DNA of 64,000 bases from a bacterium (lineage in GTDB: Bacteria > UBA8248), in assembly GCA_963692865.2 (NCBI GenBank), contig OY843592.1, positions 640,001-704,000 of the forward strand. The letters run 5' to 3'. The position numbers and the translations under genes were made by a program. Below the pieces are notes generated by a model, which searched no databases, was not told the DNA's origin, and saw only the letters and a program-made list of their open reading frames with translations. Below are positions 48,149 through 57,638 of the stretch, one piece after another (the first letter of the stretch is position 1; every line of letters starts with the position of its first letter).

Positions 48149-49177
48149 CTACGCCTCATAGACCCCATGAACGGCGCGGCTGCCGCCGCTCCAGCCATGG
48201 CATACCGCGCTGCCCGATCCCCAGCCGCCCGCGACGATCAAGTGCAGGTCACGGGGGTCCTTGATGACGGGAACGAAAAACTCATCATCATCGGGGTCCA
48301 CGTGAATAAACATATCCAGCGCGCGTTCGCGCCGCCAGTTGCCGCCTCGTTTCAACTCCTTCACTTTGTGGCCTGCCAGCTCACAAAGCCGCCGATGCAC
48401 ATCCGCGCGCGCAAGACCGCCCTCGGAACAAATTTTCGCATGCTGGGGATTCATCGCGACGAGCATATCGGTTCTTGGCGCGTGCATGTTCCAGGAGCCC
48501 AAGCCCGTCATCGCATCGGCGATTCCCCGGAGCAGCCTCTCGGGCTCCTCGCTGACGTCATCGAAGGTCAGTCGCGGGCTTTCCACCATGGCCATGGTGA
48601 TAACGTTTTCATCCGCCCCGTATCCCCTGGATTCAGCGAGCGTCTCCCAGGGGTGAAACTGAAGGTTCTCCGTGACGCACGCGGTATAGCGCAGCGGCGT
48701 GCCGAAAATCGTCATGGAAGAAACGCCCGGGATGCCCCCGCCCAGGTTCATCAAAATCAGGCGAATGGCGCGGCCGATGGAAGCGTTGGCCCTGAACCCC
48801 GGGCCGAAACAGCCGTTGCCCCCGTGAATGCCGATTTTCTCGGAATACGGGCCGTTTACAATCATCAGGGGCGCTACGCCGTGCATCGTGCCCTGTACGC
48901 CGTTCATGTTGAACTCATCGCGAAGCATAAGCGTGGTGGCGCCGAGTACGACCGGCAGGTACTCGGGTTTGCAGCCCGCCATTACCGCATGAACCGCCAC
49001 GCTATGGACCGTGGCCTCGCCCATGGCGGGAGGAACCTGACCTATGAATTCGGCAGGATTTCTCTTCGTGCCCGAGAGCATGCGCTCGATGCGCTCTTCC
49101 GTCGGGGTGACGACGGGAAGGCCGTCCGACCAGGGTTTTTCCAGGAAAAACTCGAATTCATCTTGAGGAGCGTTCAA
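48149..49177 (-). CDS. Uncharacterised 'DGLP..PT' family protein, paralogue 2 of 4
   Basis: Same motifs: WSDGLPVVTPT, HAVMAGC, GCFGPGFRAN. Confidence 0.9.
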   Translation of the reverse strand: MNAPQDEFEFFLEKPWSDGLPVVTPTEERIERMLSGTKRNPAEFIGQVPPAMGEATVHSVAVHAVMAGCKPEYLPVVLGATTLMLRDEFNMNGVQGTMHGVAPLMIVNGPYSEKIGIHGGNGCFGPGFRANASIGRAIRLILMNLGGGIPGVSSMTIFGTPLRYTACVTENLQFHPWETLAESRGYGADENVITMAMVESPRLTFDDVSEEPERLLRGIADAMTGLGSWNMHAPRTDMLVAMNPQHAKICSEGGLARADVHRRLCELAGHKVKELKRGGNWRRERALDMFIHVDPDDDEFFVPVIKDPRDLHLIVAGGWGSGSAVCHGWSGGSRAVHGVYEA

Positions 49178-49206
49178 GCCCTTTCACCTTTTGAAGTATA
49201 TGGACA

Positions 49207-50241
49207 TCATGACGACGCAAATGCGCGGGAGACGGAACGGCTGCTCCCGTTCCAGCCGTGCATCACGGCCGTAATCGGGCCCGGAATCCCGCCCGCCACG
49301 ATCAAGATCAGCCTCCCGGCCTCTTTTATCGTCGGAACGAACGCGCCGTCATCGTCCAGATCGACGGGGAACGGAAAATCCCTGATGCGATTTTCCCTGA
49401 AATGCCCTCCCGTTTTGAGTTCGCCCACCGTGCGGCCCGCGATTTCGCAAAGGCGCCCGTGGACATCCGCCTTTGAATACCCCCTCTTTGCGCATATCGC
49501 GGCCTGCTGCGGGCTCATCGCCACCACCAGATCCGTGTTGGCCCAACAGTTCCACGAACCCAAATGCGACATGGTGTCCGCGATGGAGGGGAGCATGCGC
49601 TCGGGGTCGTCGCTCACGTCATCCCAGGACATGACGGGGCCTTCCACGTGCACGGCGGTGACGACGTTCTCCTCAACTTCAAAACCATGCGTCTGAGCGA
49701 GAGACTCCCAGGGGCTTTCCGCTTCATTCTCGGCGATGCAGTACGTGAACCTCCCCGGTTGGGAGAACGTGCTCATCGAGGTGATGCCCGGAATTCCGCC
49801 GCCAATGTTGAGCAGCAGAAGCCTGATGGCGCGGCCGATCGTCGCGTTGGCGCGATTCCCGGGGCCGAAACAGCCGAGCCCCCCATGCAGGCCGATTTCC
49901 CTGGCGTAGGGGCCGTTCACGATCAAAAGGGGGGCCGCGCAGGAGAGCGTCGCCTGAACGCCGCCCACGTTGAATTTTTCCTCCAGAATCGCCTCCACGG
50001 CCCCGACGAGAACCGGCATATACGCCGGCTTGCATCCGGCCATGACGGCGTGAACGGCGATGGTCCGAACGTCCGCTTGCGCCAGAAGCGGGGGCACGTC
50101 TCCGAGGACTTCATCCGGATCGCGGCTCGTTCCCGCCAGCATGAGTCCCAGGCGCTCTTCCGTCGGAGGGATGACAGGCAGGCCGTCGGACCAGGCTTGT
50201 TCAAAGAAATACTCGTACTCATCCACGGGAGGGGCGCTCAC
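49207..50241 (-). CDS. Uncharacterised 'DGLP..PT' family protein, paralogue 1 of 4
   Basis: Same motifs: WSDGLPVIPPT, HAVMAGC, GCFGPGNRAN. Confidence 0.9.
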   Translation of the reverse strand: MSAPPVDEYEYFFEQAWSDGLPVIPPTEERLGLMLAGTSRDPDEVLGDVPPLLAQADVRTIAVHAVMAGCKPAYMPVLVGAVEAILEEKFNVGGVQATLSCAAPLLIVNGPYAREIGLHGGLGCFGPGNRANATIGRAIRLLLLNIGGGIPGITSMSTFSQPGRFTYCIAENEAESPWESLAQTHGFEVEENVVTAVHVEGPVMSWDDVSDDPERMLPSIADTMSHLGSWNCWANTDLVVAMSPQQAAICAKRGYSKADVHGRLCEIAGRTVGELKTGGHFRENRIRDFPFPVDLDDDGAFVPTIKEAGRLILIVAGGIPGPITAVMHGWNGSSRSVSRAFASS

Positions 50242-50305
50242 GAAATGCCTCCGGAGAAATTTTCACGAAATGAAAAATGATTCGACGCCAAGTAAGATAC
50301 CCGGT

Positions 50306-50746
50306 CTATTTTTCGCTTTCGTCGATCAGCTTTTTCAGGTCCTCCGCCAACGGCGAGCGCAGAGCAACCAGCTTTTGGTAATCCCGCATGGCGGCGACCC
50401 GGTTCCCCCGCAGCAGATGGGCGACGCCCCGGTATTCGACGGCTTCGGCGTGTACCGGATTCACGGCCAAGGCCCTGTTGTACGCCGAAATGGCCTCATC
50501 GAGGCGGCCGAGGTGACGAAGGCTGTAGCCCATCAGGGTATGCGCCCTGAAGTCTTCGGGGTCCTCGGCGACCGCGAGGCGGAAATGCAAAAACGCCCTT
50601 TCCATGTCTCCGTTGTGAATGTGGACGCGGCCCAGTTCATACGCAGTGCCCGGATCCGCGGGCAACGGCTGTTTCGCCGGGTCGTACGCGACGGCGGAAA
50701 AAGCGGAGCCGAGAAGCAGGGCGAGAATGAGTGCGGTGATTTTCAC
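50306..50746 (-). CDS. Secreted TPR-repeat protein
   Basis: GTG start after GGAGG, signal peptide, TPR pattern AHTLMGYSLRHLGRLDEAISAYNRAL. Confidence 0.82.
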   Translation of the reverse strand: MKITALILALLLGSAFSAVAYDPAKQPLPADPGTAYELGRVHIHNGDMERAFLHFRLAVAEDPEDFRAHTLMGYSLRHLGRLDEAISAYNRALAVNPVHAEAVEYRGVAHLLRGNRVAAMRDYQKLVALRSPLAEDLKKLIDESEK

Positions 50747-50937
50747 GTCTACGTTCCTCCCGAAACCAGAGTGGATTGGAAGCCATGACCTGGCGAAACC
50801 TTCGCCGGATGGTATACGCTTGCCGTCGAACATGTCGAGCAAATATACACGGGCGCCGGACGGATTGCGAGTCCATGCCGTTAGAATACGCCCGAGGTTA
50901 CATGTCGCAACCACCGCCAATCTACAGGAGCCGTTCC

Positions 50938-51324
50938 ATGCCGATTTACAGAAACCTCGCCGCCCGGAGCCAGGGAAAGGCGGCCGACTACGTCACCGCA
51001 AACGCCGCCTGGGTGGACGGCGCCCACGCCACCATCGGTTATTTCCGCATGGAGGCGGGAGGCCATTCCAGCCCGCACTATCACCACGACGAGCAGTTCT
51101 TGTATCTCCTCAAGGGCGGGCTTCGCATCGCCGTGGAAGGAGAGATTCTCGAAGCCGCGCCCGGGGATCTGGTGCAGTTCGCGCCCGGGGAGGTGCACGA
51201 GATCATGGCGCTCGACGAGCCCGTGGAGCTTCTGCTCACGAGGTCTCCGGCGAGGCCGAGCCTCGAGGCGCTCGCGGTGACGCCCGAAGGCGAGCGGGCC
51301 AGGAGCCTTTTGCGCCCCGAATAG
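50938..51324 (+). CDS. Cupin domain protein
   Basis: PHYHHDEQ..G, PGEVH. RBS AGGAG present. Confidence 0.88.
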   Translation: MPIYRNLAARSQGKAADYVTANAAWVDGAHATIGYFRMEAGGHSSPHYHHDEQFLYLLKGGLRIAVEGEILEAAPGDLVQFAPGEVHEIMALDEPVELLLTRSPARPSLEALAVTPEGERARSLLRPE

Positions 51325-51358
51325 CCCCGAACGGGCATAACCCGTTAAAAAACAATCG

Positions 51359-51425
51359 GATAAATTTTCAGGAATTTATCGAAAAACGTCGTGAATTTAT
51401 ACAATTTTATCCAATTTTTCAGGAA
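51359..51425 (-). repeat. Inverted copy of the AT-rich GATAAAT element at 6030-6085
   Basis: The reverse complement of 51373-51408 is AAAATTGTATAAATTCACGACGTTTTTCGATAAATT. There is also a local palindrome GATAAATT-N6-AATTTATC at 51359-51380. Confidence 0.85.
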
Positions 51426-51883
51426 TTCCCTTGGGGCCCCGAAGAGGCCCGTTCCGGGCGGGCCGCGCGGGTCGATTCCGCCCGAAGAGGCGGGTCGATT
51501 CCGGCCGGCGCGGGAGGAATTGACGAGCGGACGGCCTCCTCACCCCGCGCGGCAGCCTCCCCATCCGCCTCACCCTGAGTAGCCGCCGAAGGTCAAACGC
51601 GACTGAGAAAGAAGCGTTTGTATCGAAGGGCGGGGGATTCGATTGCCGGCCGGGGAGGCGAATATCCTGCCGCCCGAAGCCGAATCGTCCGCTCCATTTT
51701 CTTTCCTCCTCCAATGGACGGGAGCGCCAATCGCGGCCCGCCCTTTCCGCCGGGGTCGATTTCCCGCGCGGGATTATTGCGCGCGCCGGCAAAAACCCAA
51801 TGACGCCAAATGCGGGGAAATGCGTCCCGATCTTTCAATGAACCCGGGGCTTTCCCTCCGCGACTGAATCCGGAACGACGGCG

Positions 51884-52354
51884 CTACCCGTTCACGTGCC
51901 AGACTTCGCGCATGGCGCAGCCGCCGGCCTTGAAGAGGTTGTAGACCGGGCACCTGCGGAAATAATCCGCCTTGAGCGCCTCCACCTGCTCTTCCGTCGC
52001 GTCGATATCGAGCCATATCTCGCTGCGCGCCTCGCTGGGGTTCGACTGGTAGCCCTCCCGGCCGGCGATGCCCCTGGGGCTGTAGACGATAGTGGACTTC
52101 ACCTTGAGGGAGTCGATTTCGAGCTTCGCGTCCTTGGCGCATCTCTCCAGAATCACCGCCGTACACCCGGCGAGCGAATTGACGAGATAGTCCATGGGTG
52201 AGGGAGCCTCGCCCGAGCCGCCCAGATGCCCGGGCTCGTCCATCACCAGGGTATACCCGCGCATGAGAGTCATGATGCTCTTCGAGCGCCCCTTGAAGTC
52301 GGCTTCCGCCCAGTTCTCCGTGGTTTCCGGCAGTTCCTTCGGCCGAATCGCCAT
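51884..52354 (-). CDS. OsmC/Ohr family protein
   Basis: DEP..LGG...APSP, SLAGC, RCPV. Confidence 0.88.
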   Translation of the reverse strand: MAIRPKELPETTENWAEADFKGRSKSIMTLMRGYTLVMDEPGHLGGSGEAPSPMDYLVNSLAGCTAVILERCAKDAKLEIDSLKVKSTIVYSPRGIAGREGYQSNPSEARSEIWLDIDATEEQVEALKADYFRRCPVYNLFKAGGCAMREVWHVNG

Positions 52355-52524
52355 GATTTGCGCTCCTTCTGATGATGAGAAATGAAAATTCCTTACCGGC
52401 GACGACACCGCGCGGGTCGCCCTTGAAGACTACCGTTGCATACGCGAGGCTCAATCGTCCGCGTCTTGTAGCAGGGGATTCTGGAAATGGTCAAATTCTC
52501 GTCTTGCATCGCCGCCGTATCGAC

Positions 52525-52745
52525 CTCGCCCCGAGTAGCGCCGCGGCCGCCAGATACTCTTCCCCCCACCCTGAGCAGCCGCGCAGCGGCGTATCGAAGG
52601 GCCTGTTCCGAGTCTGTCGAAGTGGCGCTCCCTTGATACGGCCCCTTACGGGGCCTGCTCGGGACGAGGAGAAAACACCCCCTTCTTCTCCCGGGAGGGA
52701 GCGGAGGGGCAGAAACAGGCCCCCGCGCCTGTCCGAGGCCGCGGC
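52525..52745. repeat. CACCCTGAG..GTATCGAAGG repeat pair plus a REP remnant
   Basis: CACCCTGAGCAGCCGCGCAGCGGCGTATCGAAGGG at ~52567 has an inverted partner at ~52630-52669. A related copy is at ~51568. Confidence 0.8.
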
Positions 52746-52855
52746 CCACCCCTCCAGCGACAGGCCAACTGCATCTCATGCAGGGGCGGCGCTCGCACAA
52801 AAAAACCGCCCCGCTCCCCGGAGGGAACGAGGCGATGAGGATTTGAAAAACTCGC

Positions 52856-53314
52856 CTAAAGCGCTTTCAGCACGTCCTTCGTGTGCCCGGCCACCTTGAC
52901 GTCCTTGAACACCTTCTCGATGACGCCGGTCTCGTCGATGATGTAGGTGGTGCGGAAGATGCCGTTGAACTTCTCGCCGAACAGCGTCTTCTCCCCGTAC
53001 GCCCCGTATTTCGAGGAGATCAATCCGTCGGGGTCCGCCAACAGGGTGAAGTCGAGCTCCAGTTGCTCGGAGAACTTCTTGTGGCTGACCTCGTTGTCGG
53101 GACTGACGCCGATTACGGTCGCGTTCTTCTTCTGGATCTTCTGCAGTTGCTTGTTGAAGTCCCGCGCCTCCGCCGTGCATCCGGGCGTGTTGTCCTTCGG
53201 GTAGAAGTAGAGCACCACCTTCTGGCCCTTGTATTTCGAGAGCCGGTGCACCTTGCCGTTTTCATCCCTCAAGGCGAAGGCGGGGGCTTTCACTCCTTCT
53301 TTCAGCGCTGCCAT
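52856..53314 (-). CDS. bcp: Peroxiredoxin Bcp/PrxQ
   Basis: LYFYPKDNTPGCT.EA.DF, GVSPD, RTTYIID. Confidence 0.95.
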   Translation of the reverse strand: MAALKEGVKAPAFALRDENGKVHRLSKYKGQKVVLYFYPKDNTPGCTAEARDFNKQLQKIQKKNATVIGVSPDNEVSHKKFSEQLELDFTLLADPDGLISSKYGAYGEKTLFGEKFNGIFRTTYIIDETGVIEKVFKDVKVAGHTKDVLKAL

Positions 53315-53452
53315 TTCGCCCCCCTGTCGTTGCAGTCCTGGAATCAAAAAAACCACGCGCCTGATTACGCATGTTTGGGATATTGCAGGAATAATCGACG
53401 TTCGGGTGATTATAATGCCATAGATGAGAAGAGACTTCAAGCGTCGTCGGAG

Positions 53453-54274
53453 TTACAGCCCCCAGTCGCGGGCGTAGCGGAAATCGCGGTCTATCGTGCG
53501 CTGGCTGAGCTTGGCGATGAGCGGAAGGCGCCGCTTGTACTGGCTGCGCTGCACGAGGCGCTGGATGCCGTCCACGAGTTCCGGCGGGAAGCCCTCGCCG
53601 AGGAGTTCCTCGCGCGTGTAGCGGCGGTCGATCATCCGGTAGAGAACGGCGTCGGCCACCTCGTAGGTGTAGCCGAGTTCCTGCTCGTCGGTCTGGCCCA
53701 CCCACAGGTCCGCGCTCGGGGCCTTCTCCACCACCTGCGCGGGCACGCCGACGTGGCGCGAGAGCTGGCGCACCTGCGTCTTGAACAGATCGCCGATGGG
53801 GTTCACCGCGCTGGCCATGTCGCCGAAGAGCGTCCCGTAGCCGAGCAGGAGTTCGGTCTTGTTGCTCGTGCCCACGACCAGCGCGCCGAGCATGGCCGAA
53901 TGGTCGTAGAGAATCGTCATCCGCTCGCGCGCCATCTTGTTGCCCCGGCGCAGGTTGTCCGCGCCCGGGAAACGCTCGAAATACGCGTCCACCTGGGGCG
54001 AGATGTCCACTACTTCGATTCGGATGTTGCTTTTCTCGGCCACCGCGCGCGCGTCCGCCTCGCTCTGGGGGTTCGAGAGGCGGTAGGGCATGATGACGCC
54101 GGTCACGTTCTCGGGGCCCATGGCGCGCGCCGCCAGGAAGGCGGAGAGCGCGCTGTCTATCCCGCCCGAAAGTCCCAGGACGAGTTTCCCGACGCCCACT
54201 TTCGAGACCTCATCGCGAATGAAGCCCGCCAGCAGGCCGGCGGCGAGGTCGCCGTCGAGCTCCAGTTCCGCCAT
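53453..54274 (-). CDS. nadE: NAD+ synthetase (synthetase domain only; alternative start 54352)
   Basis: [41 protein letters not shown]. Confidence 0.95.
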   Translation of the reverse strand: MAELELDGDLAAGLLAGFIRDEVSKVGVGKLVLGLSGGIDSALSAFLAARAMGPENVTGVIMPYRLSNPQSEADARAVAEKSNIRIEVVDISPQVDAYFERFPGADNLRRGNKMARERMTILYDHSAMLGALVVGTSNKTELLLGYGTLFGDMASAVNPIGDLFKTQVRQLSRHVGVPAQVVEKAPSADLWVGQTDEQELGYTYEVADAVLYRMIDRRYTREELLGEGFPPELVDGIQRLVQRSQYKRRLPLIAKLSQRTIDRDFRYARDWGL

Positions 54275-54444
54275 CGCGCCTTCAATAAGCTCTTCGTCCA
54301 GCAAGTGCCATGCCTCCACTAATAGATTTCGCGGCGATTCGCCTACTATCATGCCTCCCGCCCGCTCGGCCTGCAACGCCGCCGGGCCATTGACCGCGCG
54401 CGGCGCGGGGGGCGCCCTTCTATCATCCATCTACCGATTATATA

Positions 54445-55133
54445 GCTGTTGAAAAAGTCCCCTGACGAGGGAGGCTGGGGGTTGCTGCCCCGATGAACGA
54501 GGGTTTAACGCGACCGGGGAGGAGGCGGTTTTTGCAGGTCAGACATATATGTCTGACATATTATGCGGCCCGGCTTTTTCGCCTTTACAATGCGGGTCGC
54601 ATACTATGCGACCCCTACACGAGTATTGACATCCCGACCAAGGGGGAAGTGGTTCTCTTGCCTCTCGCCGGGGGAGGTCGCCTTCAGCGGGAAGACCGCT
54701 TCCGCGCGAACCCCCCGCCCTCATCGTCGAAAGCAACCCCCTCTACCCCCCCTGGCAAGGGCCGTTCGCGAACGGCCCCTACAATCGAGATTACGCACCG
54801 TCATTCCGGCAATCAATCCCGACCGGGGAGGGGGTGTTGAAAAACCCCTTGCGGGCCGGTCGGGATATCACCGTAGGGGCCGCATATTATGCGGCCCTGC
54901 CTTATCGCCTTCACAATACGGATCGCATGATATGTCAGACATATATGTCCGACCTGCCAACCTCTGCGAAACGAAACGCAGGGGCGGACATATGTGTCCG
55001 CCCGACCCCGGAACAGGGTTTTTCAACAGCCCCTCTTCACTCGCGTTTGACCCCTGACAAGGGGGGTTGCCTTTATGGGGTTTCCCTTTCAAGGAAGTTG
55101 CCTTTACCCTGTCAGGGGGACTTATTCAACGAC
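54445..55133. mobile_element. Nested MITE-like composite element
   Basis: Outer inverted ends are GCTGTTGAAAAAGTCCCCTGAC / GTCAGGGGGACTTATTCAACGAC. An inner unit at 54831-55033 has ends GGGGTGTTGAAAAACCC / GGGTTTTTCAACAGCCCC. Both units are filled with GTAG REPs. Confidence 0.7.
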
Positions 55134-55151
55134 CTCTCTCATGGAGTCCTT

Positions 55152-55931
55152 ATGCCATACGTGGGAAACATCGAAGACCTGAAATGGGTGTACGACCCCG
55201 AAGAAGCGATGCGCCAAGGCTCGCCCATCCTCATCGACACGCCGAACCTGGAGGTTCGGGTCATCGTCCTTCAGCCGGGCATGTACCCTCCCTATCACGC
55301 GCATCACGAGGAGATGGACGAGGGCTACCTCATCTACAACGGGCGCGGACTCATCCTCAACGACGGCGCCACGTTCGAAGTCGCAAAGGGCGACGTGCTC
55401 CTGAACCCGCGCGGGGCGATGCACAACATGAAGAACACAGGCGATGGCGAGTTGATAGAGTTCAACTTCAGGGGCGGGCGGATGCCCTCGGGCTTTCTGT
55501 TGCCGCCGGGCGACCCGCCGCCCAGTCCCGATCCCGAATCGGTGGAAAACCCCCTCGCCCCGCCCGTGCCCTACGTCAAGGGCGACGTCGCCGGACTCAC
55601 GGGGCCGTTCGACGCAAGCTCCGTGAAAGAGAAGGGCCTCTCGCGCGCCATCTCCACCGAATACCTCGAATGCCAGATCGTCTCGTTCCCGCCGGGCGGG
55701 AGGCCGCACGTCCACCGGCACCTGAACACGATGGACGAGGCGACGCTCGTTCTGGAGGGACGCATGAACTTCATCATCGAAGACGAAACCATCGAAGCGT
55801 CAGTCGGCGATCTGGTGCACACCCCCGGCGGGGCGTGGCACACCGTGCACAACGCGAGCGATGCGCCCGCCGTGCTCTTCAACTTCAGAGGCGGCGCGCT
55901 GCCCTCCAGAACCGAATGGCGCGATGCGTAG
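55152..55931 (+). CDS. Bicupin protein
   Basis: Two cupin motifs, HAHHEEMDE..PRGAMH and HRHLNTMDE..PGGAWH, each followed by FNFRGG. Confidence 0.9.
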   Translation: MPYVGNIEDLKWVYDPEEAMRQGSPILIDTPNLEVRVIVLQPGMYPPYHAHHEEMDEGYLIYNGRGLILNDGATFEVAKGDVLLNPRGAMHNMKNTGDGELIEFNFRGGRMPSGFLLPPGDPPPSPDPESVENPLAPPVPYVKGDVAGLTGPFDASSVKEKGLSRAISTEYLECQIVSFPPGGRPHVHRHLNTMDEATLVLEGRMNFIIEDETIEASVGDLVHTPGGAWHTVHNASDAPAVLFNFRGGALPSRTEWRDA

Positions 55932-55943
55932 AGAGAGACCGCC

Positions 55944-56638
55944 CGTAGGGGCGGACCCGTGTGTCGGCCCGTCTCGATCCGCAAGGCTCTTGTAGGGACA
56001 GGCCTCCGCGCCTGTCCTCAAGAGGGACAACCACAGGGGGCAGGACAACCCTGAAGGGTTGTCCCTACGGTTTAATCAATTCTTGAATCCTTGGAAACGA
56101 ACCCTTCCTGCGATGTCGTTTTGATCGTCATTCCGGCGTCAAACCCGACCGGGGAAGAAGGAAACTTCACTCCCCCTTGAGGGGGAGTCGAAGAGGCCGA
56201 GCCTCCGGCGAAGGCCGATTCGGTGGGGGGTAAATCGCGTTTTTACGCATTCCGAATTATACCCCCCACCAGTTCGCTTTCGGGCTTACGCCCTCAACTC
56301 ACTGACTCCCCCTCAAGGGGGGAGTGAAATTCAGCGCACTCCCTTTGTGGGATTTTTCAACAATCCCGAAGGAATCCGGTTTGGTAGGAACAGGTCGCGG
56401 CCTTGGGCTGTTCAAAAGAACAGCCCACTACGGTGAGAGACAACAACGGGGCAAAGTGTATTGTAGGGGTCGCATACATGCGACCCGCGGTTTAACGGCG
56501 AAAAAACAGGGACGCATGTATGCGTCCCCTACAATGCCATCGCGTTTTTCCTGACAGGTCAGGCACGGGGGCCTGTCCCTACGGATCCCGGTCGGTTACA
56601 TCTTCCGAAACACGAAATCAGAGTTTTTCAACAACCCC
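55944..56638. repeat. Composite repeat cluster (GTAG REPs, CTCCCCCTTGAGGGGGAG-bounded unit 56166-56328, TTTTTCAACAA ends)
   Basis: Directly visible palindromes are shared with the 3.3 kb and 61 kb clusters. Confidence 0.88.
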
Positions 56639-56652
56639 TCCCCGCTTGGGTT

Positions 56653-57513
56653 TTACCCCGCCCGCGAGCGCTGGATGCGGCGGAGTTCGCGCAGGGTGAG
56701 GTGCAGATCCTCGTCCCGGAGCGTGGGGGATGCGATGCGCGCGCGGCGCACGTTCGCCGTGTCCACTTCCGCCGCGAGCAATTCTTCGCCTCCGCGCTCC
56801 GCCTGGGCGAGCGGCTCCCCGCTCGGCGCGAGAATTTCGGACCCGCCCCAGAAGTTGATGCCGTCCTCGTATCCCACTCGGTTGCTGAAGACGACGTGCT
56901 GGTTGTAGGCCGCGGCGTATGTTCTCGTGAGCGACTGCCAGACGCGCTGGATGGCGAGGCCGCCCTCGCCGTTCGCCTTGCTCACGCCGCGCGCGGGACT
57001 CGCCGAGGGGACGATGAGCAGGTCCGCGCCGTCGAGCGAGGCGACCCCCGCCAGGCTCGGGTGCCAGGCGTCCTCGCATATCAAGATGGCCGCGCGCCCG
57101 AACCGCGTGTCGAAGGCGCGCACCTTGTCCCCCCGGCCCACGTAGCGGTTCTCGTCGAACAGCCCGTAGGTCGGCAGGTACACCTTTCGGTGCACGTGGA
57201 GAAGCTCGCCGCCCTCGAAATAGGCGGCGGAGTTGAAAAACCCGTGCCTGCCCGATTCCTCCACGAACCCCACCACGAGGGAGAGTTTCTCGCTCAGGGC
57301 GGCGATTTCCTTCATCGCCGAGGTGTTGCGCCGGATGGCCACCTCGGGAACCATGTCCTTGAGGAAATAGCCCGTGAGGGAGAGTTCGGGAAACACGAGG
57401 AGATCGACGCCTCCCGCCTCGGCCTTTCTCACCGCATCCACCAGCAATTCGCGGTTCGCGTCGAGGTTCCCGAGCCTGGGGCCTATCTGCGCCGCCGCCG
57501 CCAGAAATTTCAT
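56653..57513 (-). CDS. Carbon-nitrogen hydrolase; probable stand-alone glutaminase partner of NadE
   Basis: FPELSLTGY, HRKVYLPTYGLFDE.RY, ICEDAW, SASP, NRVG.EDG..FWGGS. Confidence 0.9.
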   Translation of the reverse strand: MKFLAAAAQIGPRLGNLDANRELLVDAVRKAEAGGVDLLVFPELSLTGYFLKDMVPEVAIRRNTSAMKEIAALSEKLSLVVGFVEESGRHGFFNSAAYFEGGELLHVHRKVYLPTYGLFDENRYVGRGDKVRAFDTRFGRAAILICEDAWHPSLAGVASLDGADLLIVPSASPARGVSKANGEGGLAIQRVWQSLTRTYAAAYNQHVVFSNRVGYEDGINFWGGSEILAPSGEPLAQAERGGEELLAAEVDTANVRRARIASPTLRDEDLHLTLRELRRIQRSRAG

Positions 57514-57638
57514 GTCCTCTTCCCGTCGAGATCGAATAAAAATTCAAAACGTCCTGCGCTTGGCGTCAAGACGCCGCGCGCCCATCCTTGTCTAGCACAT
57601 TATCGGCGATCCTAGGAAACCGGCGCGGGAAAAGCGGC

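Noticed and set aside
6030-51408. Interior as a classical genomic island or prophage
   Set aside because: There is no integrase, transposase, tRNA or att direct repeat, it contains housekeeping genes, and the GC edges are graded. It is kept as a compositional-domain finding instead.
54834-55151. N-terminal extensions of ORFs into repeat regions (bicupin, ridA, TPR and others)
   Set aside because: They are translated repeat or intergenic DNA. Downstream starts with RBS motifs fit the domain boundaries better.
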